Shown piece after piece: positions 1 to 9,983 of a stretch of 64,000 nt of DNA. This DNA is from an uncultured virus (IMG/VR IMGVR_UViG_3300032307_000957) (taxonomy: Duplodnaviria > Heunggongvirae > Uroviricota > Caudoviricetes). How positions within the stretch are numbered: position 1 is the first letter of the stretch; each line of letters starts with the position of its first letter. The notes below the pieces were generated by a model. That model did not search any database and was not told the DNA's origin. It was given only the letters and a program-made list of their open reading frames with translations. Where the stretch lies: the IMG/VR virus record IMGVR_UViG_3300032307_000957, one strand, 5' to 3'. A program made the translations under genes and the position numbers.

Positions 1-1
1 A

Positions 2-553
2 AATATTCAATTATTTGATAGGTTCGATTGGAGTCATATTTCGGCAGAACAAAAATTATCTAAAAATTTTATTGAAAAACATTCAGATAAAATTGATTGG
101 TATAGAGTTTGTCAACGTCAAAAACTATCAGAATCATTTATAGAGAAGCATTCAGATAAAGTTTTTTGGTGCCAAATTTCTTGGTCACGAAAATTATCTT
201 TAAAATTTATAGAAAAACATTCAGATAAAGTTGATTGGGATGGAATTTTTTCTAATCAAAAATTACCAGAAAAGTTTATAGAAAAATTAATAGAAAAAGA
301 TATCGATTATTTTGATGAATGTATTTGGGGTTTGATTTCTCAATATCAAACTTTATCTGAAGAGTTTATAGAAAAACATTCAGATAAAATTGATTGGTGT
401 AATATTTCAGATTATCAAAAATTATCTGAAGAATTTATAAAAAAACATATAAATAAAATTGATATAGATTATTTAATGCAAAACAAAAATCTTTCTAAAA
501 AGTTAAAAAATCAAATCAAAAAAGAAATTAATTTATTGAAAGAAATAATATGA
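2..553 (+). CDS. Trp-repeat protein with KEII tail, 5' end outside window
   Basis: Frame open from position 2; QKLSEKFIEKHSDKxDW repeats; ends LLKEII. Confidence 0.85.
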   Translation, partial: NIQLFDRFDWSHISAEQKLSKNFIEKHSDKIDWYRVCQRQKLSESFIEKHSDKVFWCQISWSRKLSLKFIEKHSDKVDWDGIFSNQKLPEKFIEKLIEKDIDYFDECIWGLISQYQTLSEEFIEKHSDKIDWCNISDYQKLSEEFIKKHINKIDIDYLMQNKNLSKKLKNQIKKEINLLKEII

Positions 554-933
554 AAAAACATAATTTAGATTTAGAAAAAAATGAATACTCGGAAGAAGAA
601 TTAGAAAATAATATTAATTTATTTGATGAATGGGATTGGTTTTCTATTTCTAGATTTCAAAAGTTATCTGAAAAAATTATTGAAAAATATGCGGATAGAG
701 TTCATTGGCATTATATTTCTGGATTTCAAAAATTATCAGAAAAATTTATAGATAAATATTCAGATAAAATTAATTGGTTTTATATTTCTAAATCTCAAAA
801 ATTATCAGAACGCTTTATAAAAAAATATATAGATAAAATTGATATTGATTGGTTAATGGAAAACAAAAATCTTTCTAAAAGATTAAAGAATAAAATTAAA
901 AAAGAAATTAATTTATTGAAAGAAATTATATGA
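550..933 (+). CDS. Trp-repeat protein (KEII tail)
   Basis: HNLDL..YSEEELE N-terminus, W/ISxxQKLSE repeats, LLKEII. Confidence 0.85.
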   Translation: MKKHNLDLEKNEYSEEELENNINLFDEWDWFSISRFQKLSEKIIEKYADRVHWHYISGFQKLSEKFIDKYSDKINWFYISKSQKLSERFIKKYIDKIDIDWLMENKNLSKRLKNKIKKEINLLKEII

Positions 934-1314
934 AAAAACATAATTTAAATCTAATTAATAAAAAACATTCTGAAAGAGTATTGGAAAATAATATTGAATT
1001 GTTTAGCCAAACAGAATGGAATTGGGTTTCTATTTATCAGGTTTTATCTGAAGAATTCATAGAAAAACATTTAAACAAACTTGATTTGTTTTATGTTTCT
1101 GCATTTCAAAAATTATCAGAAAAATTTATTGAAAAGCATTCAGATAAACTTAATTGGGATAATATTTCTAAATTTCAAAAATTATCAGAACAATTTATAA
1201 AAAAACATATAAATAAAATTAATATTGAAGTTTTAATGATAAATGAAAAAAATATCTAAAAAAGTTAAAAATAAAATCAAAAAAGAAATTAATTTATTGA
1301 AAGAAATTATATGA
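930..1314 (+). pseudogene. Trp-repeat gene, frameshifted near 3' end
   Basis: Extra A in A7 run 1246-1252; tail KKEINLLKEII-TGA continues in another frame to 1314. Confidence 0.7.
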
Positions 1315-1766
1315 AAAATCATAAACTAGATTTAATTACTAAAAAGCATTCAGAAAAAACATTAGAAAAATATATAGAATACTTTAATTATGAAGATTGG
1401 ATATATATTTCTTCTGATCAAAAATTATCTGAAGAATTTATAGAAAAATATTCACATAAAATTGATTGGTATTGGATTTCTAAACGTAAGAATTTATCAG
1501 AAAAATTCATAGAAAAACATTCAGATAAAGTTATTTGGGGTTATATCTCTTATTCTCAAAAATTATCAGAACAATTTATAGAAAAATATTCAGATAAAAT
1601 TGATTGGTATTGGATTTCTCGGGCTCAAAAATTATCGGAAAAATTTATAAAAAAACATATTAATAAAATAAATATTGACTGTTTGTTAATGGAAAACGAA
1701 AATATTTCTGATAAATTAAAAAACAAAATAAATCAAGAAATAAAATCATTGACAGAAATAATTTGA
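1311..1766 (+). CDS. Trp-repeat protein (KEII tail)
   Basis: Same repeat; ends SLTEII. Confidence 0.85.
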   Translation: MKNHKLDLITKKHSEKTLEKYIEYFNYEDWIYISSDQKLSEEFIEKYSHKIDWYWISKRKNLSEKFIEKHSDKVIWGYISYSQKLSEQFIEKYSDKIDWYWISRAQKLSEKFIKKHINKINIDCLLMENENISDKLKNKINQEIKSLTEII

Positions 1767-1859
1767 AAAATAAACTTGACACACTGGGCATCTACTGATA
1801 TATACCCAGATGACAAAATCTCCAGGAGGAGATGGTCAATTAACCACGGAGAGTGATAT

Positions 1860-2885
1860 ATGGAAAATAAAAATAAAAAAATCGGTGTATTCATTGGAAG
1901 ATTTCAACCCATTCACAACGGACATCTTTCTGTAATAAAAACAATATTAGAAAATGTTGATAATCTAATTATAGTTCTTGGTTCTGACGCTACAGCTAAA
2001 ACTGTAAAAAATCCATGGAACTCCAAAGAAAGAGAAGACATGATTCGTTCATGTTTATCTAAAATTGATAATAAACATGTTCATTTTATACAAGTAAAAG
2101 ATTATCTTTATAATGATAACCTTTGGATTACTGAACTTCAATCAAAAATATCTTTAATTGATGATTCTGAAGATGCAGAAATTACCCTTTATGGACATGA
2201 TAAAGATAAATCAACTTTCTATCTTTCAATGTTTCCAAAATGGAACTTTATCGAAACAGGCTCCAAAGGATCAATTGACGCAACAAAAATCCGAGAGTTT
2301 TATTTTCATAAAGATAAAATTTCCCTTAAAAACTTTCTTCCAGAACCAGTTTGCAAAAAGCTTTTCGAAGAAATGGATACCGAAATTTATAATCAACTTT
2401 ATGATGAGTTTCATCATATTATAGATTATAAATCAAAATGGTCAGCTTCACCTTTCCCACCAACCTTTGTTACCGTAGATGCAGTTGTAATAAAGTCCGG
2501 CCATGTTTTGGTTGTGCGTAGAAAGGGAGAACTTGGAAAAGGTTTACTGGCTTTACCAGGTGGGTTCATAAATAAAGATGAATTTATTGAAGATGCTTGT
2601 CTTAGAGAGTTAAAAGAAGAAACAAGAATAAATCTTCCAAAAGATGAACTTAAAAAAAGAATTGTTGATAAAAATGTCTTTGATCATCCAAATAGATCAT
2701 TAAGAGGAAGAACAATAACACACGCTTATTGTATAAATCTTGGATTTGGAGAGTTGCCAAGAGTCAAAGGATCGGATGATGCTGAAAAAGCTTTTTGGAT
2801 GTCTCTTAGGGACGTTCAAAGAAATGAGGAAATGTTCTTTGAAGACCATTACCACATAATTACTCATTTTTGTGCGAAATACTAA
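1860..2885 (+). CDS. nadM: Bifunctional NMN adenylyltransferase / NUDIX hydrolase
   Basis: GRFQPIHNGH motif; NUDIX box PGGF..DE..EDACLRELKEET; DDA and FEDH motifs. Confidence 0.95.
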   Translation: MENKNKKIGVFIGRFQPIHNGHLSVIKTILENVDNLIIVLGSDATAKTVKNPWNSKEREDMIRSCLSKIDNKHVHFIQVKDYLYNDNLWITELQSKISLIDDSEDAEITLYGHDKDKSTFYLSMFPKWNFIETGSKGSIDATKIREFYFHKDKISLKNFLPEPVCKKLFEEMDTEIYNQLYDEFHHIIDYKSKWSASPFPPTFVTVDAVVIKSGHVLVVRRKGELGKGLLALPGGFINKDEFIEDACLRELKEETRINLPKDELKKRIVDKNVFDHPNRSLRGRTITHAYCINLGFGELPRVKGSDDAEKAFWMSLRDVQRNEEMFFEDHYHIITHFCAKY

Positions 2886-2934
2886 TCTAAAATAGTTGGA
2901 GAAACTAAAAAGATAATAATTCAAGGAGAATTGT

Positions 2935-4311
2935 ATGAATAATAATATAATATTAAAAGTTGATAGTTACAAAACATTACATGACAGAATTTACAAAAAA
3001 GGTACAGAATTCGTTTATTCTTACCTAGAAGCTAGAAAAGGTGCTAAATTTGATAATACAGTGTTCTTTGGCTTGCAAGCAATTTTAAAGAAACATTTTG
3101 TTGGACAAGTTGTTACAAAAGAAAAAATTGATCAAGCTGAAAAGTTTATAAATAAACATATTGGACCAAAAGCGTTTAATAGAAGTAACTGGGAATATAT
3201 TTTAGAAAAACATAATGGAAAATTGCCAATAATAATAAAGGCAGTTGCTGAAGGAACTTCTGTTCCAATAAATAATGTTTTAATGACAATAGAAAACACT
3301 GATCCAAATTGCTATTGGTTAACTAATTATATAGAAACTATACTTTTGCAAGTTTGGTATCCTACAACCGTAGCAACTCTTTCAAGGGAAAATAAAAAAA
3401 TAATAAATAAATCCTTAGAAGAAACCGGTGACGTTTCAGGTTTATCATTTAAGCTATGTGATTTTGGTAAAAGAGGTGTTTCTTCTTTAGAGACTGCCGG
3501 GTTTGGCGGAGCTGCCCATCTTGTTAACTTTATGGGAACAGACAATATAGAGGGCATTCTTTTTGCTCAAGAATATTACAATACAGATGATATGTTAGGA
3601 TTTTCAATTCCAGCATCCGAGCATTCCACAATTACATCTTGGGGCAAAGAAGGGGAATCTTCGGCAATGGCAAATATGCTTGAAGAATTTAAAGATTTCC
3701 CATTGATTGCATGCGTATCTGATTCTTGGGATATTTATAATGCTTGCGAGAAACTTTGGGGAGAAGAGCTAAAAGATAAAGTTATGAATTATAACGGAAC
3801 TTTAGTAATTCGTCCAGATTCTGGAAAACCAACAGAAGTTCTTCCAAGGATAATGAATATTTTAGGTGAAAAATTTGGATTTACAGTTAATGATAAGGGC
3901 TTTAAGGTACTTAATAAAGTAAGAGTAATCCAAGGTGATGGAATAGAGTGGGAGACAATACCAAAAATCATTAAATCTATCACTGAGACTGGTTGGTCAA
4001 TGGATAACTTAACTTTAGGTTCTGGTGGAGGTTTACTTCAAAAATTAAACCGTGATACTCAGAAATTTGCAATTAAATGTTCCGAAGCAATAATTGACGG
4101 GAATAAAGTTGAAGTTTTCAAAGACCCAGTTACCGATCCAGGAAAACAATCTAAAAAAGGAAGGTTACATCTTGTAAAAAGAAATAATGAGTTTGTAACT
4201 ACAAATGTCTTATTAGAAGATGAAAAAGATTATTTGGAAACTGTTTTCTTGAACGGTGATTTAGTAAAAGAGTTTACTTTTGAAGAAGTAAGAGAGAACG
4301 CAAAACTTTAA
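2935..4311 (+). CDS. nadV: Nicotinamide phosphoribosyltransferase (NAMPT)
   Basis: DSYK, DFGKRG, PASEHS, VSDSWD, RPDSG, IQGDG, GSGGGLLQ motifs. Confidence 0.95.
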   Translation: MNNNIILKVDSYKTLHDRIYKKGTEFVYSYLEARKGAKFDNTVFFGLQAILKKHFVGQVVTKEKIDQAEKFINKHIGPKAFNRSNWEYILEKHNGKLPIIIKAVAEGTSVPINNVLMTIENTDPNCYWLTNYIETILLQVWYPTTVATLSRENKKIINKSLEETGDVSGLSFKLCDFGKRGVSSLETAGFGGAAHLVNFMGTDNIEGILFAQEYYNTDDMLGFSIPASEHSTITSWGKEGESSAMANMLEEFKDFPLIACVSDSWDIYNACEKLWGEELKDKVMNYNGTLVIRPDSGKPTEVLPRIMNILGEKFGFTVNDKGFKVLNKVRVIQGDGIEWETIPKIIKSITETGWSMDNLTLGSGGGLLQKLNRDTQKFAIKCSEAIIDGNKVEVFKDPVTDPGKQSKKGRLHLVKRNNEFVTTNVLLEDEKDYLETVFLNGDLVKEFTFEEVRENAKL

Positions 4312-4329
4312 AAAAATAAAAGCAACGAT

Positions 4330-4358
4330 AAACCTATTGGTGAAAACCAATAGGTTTT
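4330..4358 (+). terminator. Perfect 12-bp hairpin with GAAA loop (terminator or start-regulating hairpin)
   Basis: AAACCTATTGGT-GAAA-ACCAATAGGTTT directly before the GTG at 4359. Confidence 0.6.
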
Positions 4359-5171
4359 GTGCTTTCAGAGACTCAAGTAAAAGAAATCATTGATAAATAT
4401 CAAAATAAACAATCTCAAAAATCAATAGCTAAAGAATATGGCCTTGATAAAGGCACTATAAAAAGATTATTATTAAAAAATAATATAAAAATAAGAACTT
4501 TATCAGAAGCAAGCAGAAAATATTCTTATAATGATAATATATTTGAAACAATAGATTCTCATGAAAAAGCTTATTGGTTAGGTTTCATTGCGGCAGATGG
4601 TTGTATTATAAATAATAGATTGGATATAGGTTTATCAATTAAAGATTACAATCATTTGGTTAAGTTTAAAGAGTTTGTCGAATCAAATGCACCCATAAGA
4701 ACCTATAAAGTTAAAAGCTATGATTGCTGTGAGTTTACAATTAATTCAAGAAAAATAATCAATGATTTATTTAATCTAAATATAACACCAAACAAATCTT
4801 TAAATTTAAAACCTCCAGATATAAGTGAAGAATTTTATTTTTCATTTATACTTGGTTTATTTGGTGGTGATGGAGGGTTCTGCGTTAACAATCAAAATAC
4901 ATTATCTTTATATTTTTGCGGAACATTAGAAATAAATAAGTTTATAGTTAATTTTCTTGATAAGAAGCTAAATATAAAAATAAACCTAAGAGAAGATAAA
5001 AGGCATAATAACCATTATCGTTTTTCAATTTCTAATAGAAAGAATATAATTAAAATAGCAGAAAGTATGTATTGTAATTTAAATATATTCTTGGAGAGAA
5101 AAAACAATATTTATAAGAATTATTTTATAATGAATCCAATGGAAAACTATAGAAAAAGAAAACGTTTTTAG
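4359..5171 (+). CDS. Free-standing LAGLIDADG homing endonuclease with N-terminal HTH
   Basis: YWLGFIAADGCI and FILGLFGGDGGF motifs. Confidence 0.85.
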   Translation: MLSETQVKEIIDKYQNKQSQKSIAKEYGLDKGTIKRLLLKNNIKIRTLSEASRKYSYNDNIFETIDSHEKAYWLGFIAADGCIINNRLDIGLSIKDYNHLVKFKEFVESNAPIRTYKVKSYDCCEFTINSRKIINDLFNLNITPNKSLNLKPPDISEEFYFSFILGLFGGDGGFCVNNQNTLSLYFCGTLEINKFIVNFLDKKLNIKINLREDKRHNNHYRFSISNRKNIIKIAESMYCNLNIFLERKNNIYKNYFIMNPMENYRKRKRF

Positions 5172-5214
5172 TTCAAGAAACAAGAGAGATGAAAGGAACA
5201 AAGTAATATTTAAT

Positions 5215-5829
5215 ATGAGAAAATATGAAATATCATTAATAGTGGCTCATTCTAAGAACCTTGTGATTGGTAAGGGGAATTCACTTCCATGGAAGTTAAA
5301 AGATGATTTATCTTGGTTTAAATCAATAACCCAAAACAAACCAATAATAATGGGATCAAAAACATTTGAATCCATAGGTAGAAAGCCGCTACCAAATAGA
5401 ATTAATGTAGTTCTTACAAAAAATATATTCGGTATAGATAATGATTTTGGTGAGTTGAATTATTCAGAATTTAATAATAATCAATTTGGTTCCTTCTCAG
5501 TTAGAAAATATGAGAAATTTAAAATTTCAACCGCCACTTCCTTGGAGTCTGCGCTAGATTATTTTGATGTTATGGATACAAGACATAATGAAATATTTAT
5601 AATTGGAGGAAGCAAATTATACAATTATTCAATTGATATAGTTGATAATATTTATCGTTCAGTAGTTGATTGTACTATTGATGGAGATGCTTATTTTCCA
5701 GAAATAAATGAAGATGATTGGGAAAAGCAAATTATAAATTCATTTGAAAAAAATGAAAGAAATGAATTTAGCTTTGAAGTTCAAAAATTAACAAGAAAAA
5801 AACATATATTATCTTCTATAATATCTTAG
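5215..5829 (+). CDS. folA: Dihydrofolate reductase
   Basis: VIGKGNSLPW, DLSWFK, IIMGSKTFESI, PLPNR, IIGG, GDAYFP; ~30-aa insertion. Confidence 0.93.
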   Translation: MRKYEISLIVAHSKNLVIGKGNSLPWKLKDDLSWFKSITQNKPIIMGSKTFESIGRKPLPNRINVVLTKNIFGIDNDFGELNYSEFNNNQFGSFSVRKYEKFKISTATSLESALDYFDVMDTRHNEIFIIGGSKLYNYSIDIVDNIYRSVVDCTIDGDAYFPEINEDDWEKQIINSFEKNERNEFSFEVQKLTRKKHILSSIIS

Positions 5830-6542
5830 TTTGTTAATTTTTCAAATATAATTGATAAGCTTTCTATTTCATTGGCTTTTTTAAATAGGGATATTCCGGG
5901 ATGTTTACCTTTAACATTTCCGCCAATATGTTCTTCTAAAACCGCTTTATAAATTTGACCATCTAATTTAAAGGTTTGGTATGATCCATAACCTTTTCCT
6001 CTTAATCTTTTTAAGAATATTTTTGCTAATAATTGTAATTTTTCATTTGGAACTTCTCTCATCCTTATGAATTCATTTTTAGAAATGCTATTGTTTTTCT
6101 TTTGAAAGTGTGGGTAATCTGGAGATTTGAAATTACCACCCCATTCTAAACCTAAGCTCAAGCCAATTTTACCAATTAAATTCCATAAATTGATATCGTT
6201 TGGCCAAGATGGTTTACCATTTTTATCCAAAACGGCAACATCAAAAGCCAAGCCTTGTTCATGAAGTGAAGTTCCAGGTTTGGCATTCGTTACTATAGGT
6301 CCTTCCGTTGTTCTTCCTTGGTTATATAAAGCTTCTTGTTGTTTTTTTGTTCTTAAGGTATCGGTGACAATTAAATTTATACCTTGCATTTTTGCTTGCT
6401 CAATTAATTTTTGAGCTAAACTTTGCAATTCTGGTTTTAAACCAGAAAAATTGCTTTTAATTGAACTTTTTGGTTCATCAGATTTCAAAAAACCCATAAT
6501 TCTGTCGAGAGACATTTCGGCAGGCATACAAAAATACCACAT
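5826..6542 (-). CDS. M15C-type peptidoglycan endopeptidase (endolysin-like)
   Basis: LRT..QQEALYNQGR, SLHEQGLAFD, EWGG, DYPHFQ; true start may be 6515. Confidence 0.85.
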   Translation of the reverse strand: MWYFCMPAEMSLDRIMGFLKSDEPKSSIKSNFSGLKPELQSLAQKLIEQAKMQGINLIVTDTLRTKKQQEALYNQGRTTEGPIVTNAKPGTSLHEQGLAFDVAVLDKNGKPSWPNDINLWNLIGKIGLSLGLEWGGNFKSPDYPHFQKKNNSISKNEFIRMREVPNEKLQLLAKIFLKRLRGKGYGSYQTFKLDGQIYKAVLEEHIGGNVKGKHPGISLFKKANEIESLSIIFEKLTN

Positions 6543-6543
6543 T

Positions 6544-6789
6544 ATGCAGAAAAACGCAGAAAAACCAAAACAGAAAGAATATTTTACAGTCGAATTAGAT
6601 GCTATGGTTCCAGCAACTTTAAGATTTAAAGTTCTAGCGGAATCTCCGGAAGAAGCTCTTAAAGTCTTTTTAAGAGAAGGTAATTTAATGGAAAAACCGC
6701 ATATAAAAACAATTAATAAAATGAAAAAAATATATGCTAGAGTTTATAATTTTGGCACAAACTTGTTAAGAACAGGAATACCTTATTAA
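6544..6789 (+). CDS. Hypothetical protein
   Basis: ORF abutting next gene (TAATG); start moved to ATG 6544 to avoid overlap. Confidence 0.6.
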   Translation: MQKNAEKPKQKEYFTVELDAMVPATLRFKVLAESPEEALKVFLREGNLMEKPHIKTINKMKKIYARVYNFGTNLLRTGIPY

Positions 6790-7382
6790 TGTCAATTGAA
6801 TATTACATAATAGATACTGAAACAACTGGGCTTAGTGAAATCACTAATGAAATAACTGAAATATCAATAATAAGATGTTCTGATAAAAATCAATTAAATA
6901 GATTCATTAAATGTGAACATCCAGAAACTGTAAATAAAAAAGCATTAGAAGTAACTGGAAGAACAATGCAAGATTTATTAAGGGGTGATCCTAAAGAATC
7001 TGTTGTTAAAGATTGCAATGATTTCTTTGAAAAAGATGGATTACAACCAGAAAATAGATGTATAGTTGGTCACAATATAGTTACATTTGATAAGAAGTTT
7101 TTGTTTGCTTTATGGGAAAAATGCGGTTTAATTTTCCCAGCCAATCTTTGGTTAGATACACTTTCATATATTAGCGCATATGCTAAAAGAGAAAACTTGC
7201 CAAAGAAAAGAATGAATTTGGTAGAATCTATGGTTGCATTGGATTTAAATCCAAAAACAAAAAATATACATACTGCAAAAATAGATTCTCAGAATAATTT
7301 TTATCTGTATCAGGGTCTTAAAAAGACCGGAATTCCTCAAGTGGAAATCATGAAAAGGTTTGCTCATTCGGAAAGAGAATAA
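6789..7382 (+). CDS. DEDDh 3'-5' exonuclease (DnaQ-like)
   Basis: IDTETTG, VGHNIVTFD, HTAKID motifs. Confidence 0.88.
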   Translation: MSIEYYIIDTETTGLSEITNEITEISIIRCSDKNQLNRFIKCEHPETVNKKALEVTGRTMQDLLRGDPKESVVKDCNDFFEKDGLQPENRCIVGHNIVTFDKKFLFALWEKCGLIFPANLWLDTLSYISAYAKRENLPKKRMNLVESMVALDLNPKTKNIHTAKIDSQNNFYLYQGLKKTGIPQVEIMKRFAHSERE

Positions 7383-7406
7383 TATATAATATTTTAGCAT
7401 ATTAAT

Positions 7407-7727
7407 ATGGCTAACTTATCTGAAAATTCAAAGCTAAACCTGACCCTTGGAAAGGTAGTAAGCATACTTGTATTTCTTGTAGGTACTAGCTTTACAGTTG
7501 GTATGACTTACCAAAGCATTATGCCAGATAGACAATTGCAACAAAAGCAAGCTGAAGAAATACAAGATATAAAAATTACTTTAGCAAGAGTAACTACTAT
7601 TTTGGAAAATATGCATGATAAGCAAGATATTACAAAAAGGGATATTCAAGCTTTACAGGAAAGAACTCAAGTAATGAATGCTGAAGTTCAAATAATAACT
7701 TCTTATGTAAAAGATAAAAAAAGATAA
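7407..7727 (+). CDS. Single-TM coiled-coil membrane protein (holin-like possible)
   Basis: Hydrophobic VVSILVFLVGTSFTVG followed by heptad-like region. Confidence 0.55.
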   Translation: MANLSENSKLNLTLGKVVSILVFLVGTSFTVGMTYQSIMPDRQLQQKQAEEIQDIKITLARVTTILENMHDKQDITKRDIQALQERTQVMNAEVQIITSYVKDKKR

Positions 7728-7733
7728 GAAATA

Positions 7734-8333
7734 ATGATGGAAGAAAAAAATATAATTAATTGGATACAAAATTCAATTAAAGAAAGAAACGCAAATGGTT
7801 TGATTTTGGACACATCAAAACAAGATGCATCCAATGAATTACTATTAAATATATGTAAAAAATCACATCAAAACATATATTGCGTATCTTCAAATAAAGA
7901 TTTTCATGAACATGATGTTACATTTAACATTTCGGAAAAACCATTATTTACAATAATTGAAGAAGCTAATAGAAATAACTTATTAACAATAAATTCTTAT
8001 AATTTTATAGATATTAATGTAACAAAGCCATGGCAAAATCATTGTTTTATTTGGGATTTATTACCATTTGGAGATTTTTTTTTAAAAGACATTTATTTTC
8101 TTCTTAAAAAAAATTACAACAAAGAACCTTATTATGAAGATTGTTTGTGGGCTTATCAAATGAATGATAAATTTAATAATATTTTATATTCCGAACAAGA
8201 TCCTTCAAAGAATTGGCATTGGTCAACTTTAAATATAAAACAAAAACAAATTATTGCAAATTTATATTCTAACATAAAAAATAATAAACATAAAAAGATT
8301 ACAGGAAAAATATATTATGGGACAGATATCTAA
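7734..8333 (+). CDS. Degenerate NAD synthetase (NadE)-like protein
   Basis: IINWIQNSIKERNANGLIL, ANRNNLLTINSYN, DLLPFGDFFLKDIY resemble NadE blocks; SGGxDS absent. Confidence 0.5.
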   Translation: MMEEKNIINWIQNSIKERNANGLILDTSKQDASNELLLNICKKSHQNIYCVSSNKDFHEHDVTFNISEKPLFTIIEEANRNNLLTINSYNFIDINVTKPWQNHCFIWDLLPFGDFFLKDIYFLLKKNYNKEPYYEDCLWAYQMNDKFNNILYSEQDPSKNWHWSTLNIKQKQIIANLYSNIKNNKHKKITGKIYYGTDI

Positions 8334-8868
8334 AGTTAGAGCAAAAATAAATACAGCTGCGGTTTTAGAAGATTCTTTTTCTATATTTACATTAGAAGCT
8401 TCCGGAGCTTATCCAACAAATGATTGGAGAATTTGGGAAGATTCTTATGGAAACAAAATATCAATAAAAAAACATTTGGTTGTAAGAAGAAATAAGATTT
8501 TATATGGAGATCCATATTCAAAATCAAATATTAAAAAAATATCAGCAATATCAAGTGTTTGCTCAATATTTTGTACTGATAATTTTTATTATTTTTTAAT
8601 GTTTGGTTTAGAAAGTTACAGATTAATACGGTACTGTATAAATGAAAAAAAATGGGAAAAGAATTTGCCACCCTTGACATTGCCGTTCAATGTGTTACTA
8701 ATGGTCTCAAACCAATTGAAGATCAGCGGATTATCTGAACTTGATTGTAACAAAAATATAAACAAAGAAAAAATTAAAAAAGCTTATATATCATCTTGGC
8801 CACCAAAGGAAGAAGATATATTAAAGTTAAACATAAAAATTGTAGAGGAACTAATAAGTGCAACATAA
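8317..8868 (+). CDS. Hypothetical protein
   Basis: 183-aa ORF in operon context. Confidence 0.65.
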   Translation: MGQISKVRAKINTAAVLEDSFSIFTLEASGAYPTNDWRIWEDSYGNKISIKKHLVVRRNKILYGDPYSKSNIKKISAISSVCSIFCTDNFYYFLMFGLESYRLIRYCINEKKWEKNLPPLTLPFNVLLMVSNQLKISGLSELDCNKNINKEKIKKAYISSWPPKEEDILKLNIKIVEELISAT

Positions 8869-9100
8869 ATACAAAAGAAAAGAAGATAAAGAAAATTATT
8901 TAGTATTAAGAGGTAAAGTTACTGCAGCCAGAGGTAATGGTAACTTCCTTGTAAAAGTAGAAGATTTTGAAGAACCAATTTCTTGCACTTTATCCGGCAA
9001 AATAAGAATAAACAATATAAGAGTTTGTGAAGGAGATTTTGTGACCGTAGAAGTTTCAGGTTACGATTCTTCAAAAGGTAGAATAACAAAAAGAGGTTAA
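8858..9100 (+). CDS. infA: Translation initiation factor IF-1
   Basis: GKV....GNGNFLV, CTLSGKIR.NNIRV..GD.V.VE.S.YD..KGRI. Confidence 0.9.
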   Translation: MQHKYKRKEDKENYLVLRGKVTAARGNGNFLVKVEDFEEPISCTLSGKIRINNIRVCEGDFVTVEVSGYDSSKGRITKRG

Positions 9101-9101
9101 T

Positions 9102-9572
9102 GTGAAAAATCCATTTTTATTAGGTAAGTTAAAAGAAATAAAAGGTTCTGCAGTAAGACCAAACTCATCAGACAATAGAACTATTGTTTTATTTTGCGAA
9201 AATAACGGTGATTTTGAGTCAGTTCCAAGGAATTTGGAATTTGAAAAAGCTTGGCCAAAAGCTAAAGAAATATATAGATCTTGGTGGAGAGGTCAACTTG
9301 GATTTAAAGGTGGCGAAATTAAAATAACCGATATTTTAAGTGATACACAATTAGCACATTTAGTTACATGTGTAAAAGATAATGATGAATTATTTTTTGA
9401 TAAAAAATATTTAGAGCAATGCTTTGATAAGCTGGGGAAACATTGTTCAATTAATAAAAGAAACGTTCATATAAATAAAATAGGTACAGATTCAGAATGG
9501 CAAGTAATATCAAATTTAATTGAAGAACATTTGCTGAAATCTGGCGTGAATGTTTTTGTTTATTCTGAGTGA
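9102..9572 (+). CDS. Macro-domain-like protein, diverged
   Basis: WPKAKEIYRSW, GEIKI, LAHL, VHINKIG, GVNVFVY pattern of stand-alone macrodomains. Confidence 0.55.
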   Translation: MKNPFLLGKLKEIKGSAVRPNSSDNRTIVLFCENNGDFESVPRNLEFEKAWPKAKEIYRSWWRGQLGFKGGEIKITDILSDTQLAHLVTCVKDNDELFFDKKYLEQCFDKLGKHCSINKRNVHINKIGTDSEWQVISNLIEEHLLKSGVNVFVYSE

Positions 9573-9617
9573 ATATTTATCACCCCAAAGGGTGTTATTT
9601 AACAAAGGAGAAAAATA

Positions 9618-9983
9618 ATGCGTAAAAACATATTTGATATTTTTGATTATTTTGACGATAATTTCTTTCCTTCATTCTATAATACAAAAAGTTTGAGGAG
9701 AGAAGTTTTTTCAATACCTACATTACCTACATTTAAAAAGGATGGTCAAAATCTAACTCTATCTTTAGAGGTACCAGGTTATGGTCCAGAAGATGTAGAT
9801 GTTGAAGTAAAGGATGGAAACTTGTTAGTTTCTTATGGTAAGAATAGTTTTTCAACTACTTTACCAAAAGAGGGGTTAGTTGATGAACTTACCGCCACAG
9901 TAAAACATGGTGTATTAACAGTTTCTATTCCAGCAAAAGAAACAAAACAATTAGAAACAAAGAAAATTAAAGTTTTGGGTTAA
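9618..9983 (+). CDS. Small heat-shock protein (Hsp20)
   Basis: LEVPGYGPEDVDV, ATVKHGVLTVSIP, terminal IKV; AAGGAG RBS. Confidence 0.88.
   Translation: MRKNIFDIFDYFDDNFFPSFYNTKSLRREVFSIPTLPTFKKDGQNLTLSLEVPGYGPEDVDVEVKDGNLLVSYGKNSFSTTLPKEGLVDELTATVKHGVLTVSIPAKETKQLETKKIKVLG

Noticed and set aside
2..1766. Eukaryotic virus origin because of Trp-repeat genes
   Set aside because: Shine-Dalgarno sites, sigma70 promoters, IF-1, TilS and peptidoglycan hydrolases point to a bacteriophage.
1770..1859. Riboswitch or operator upstream of the NAD genes
   Set aside because: A TTGACA and short complementary words are present, but I could not support a recognisable aptamer or a clear -10 box.
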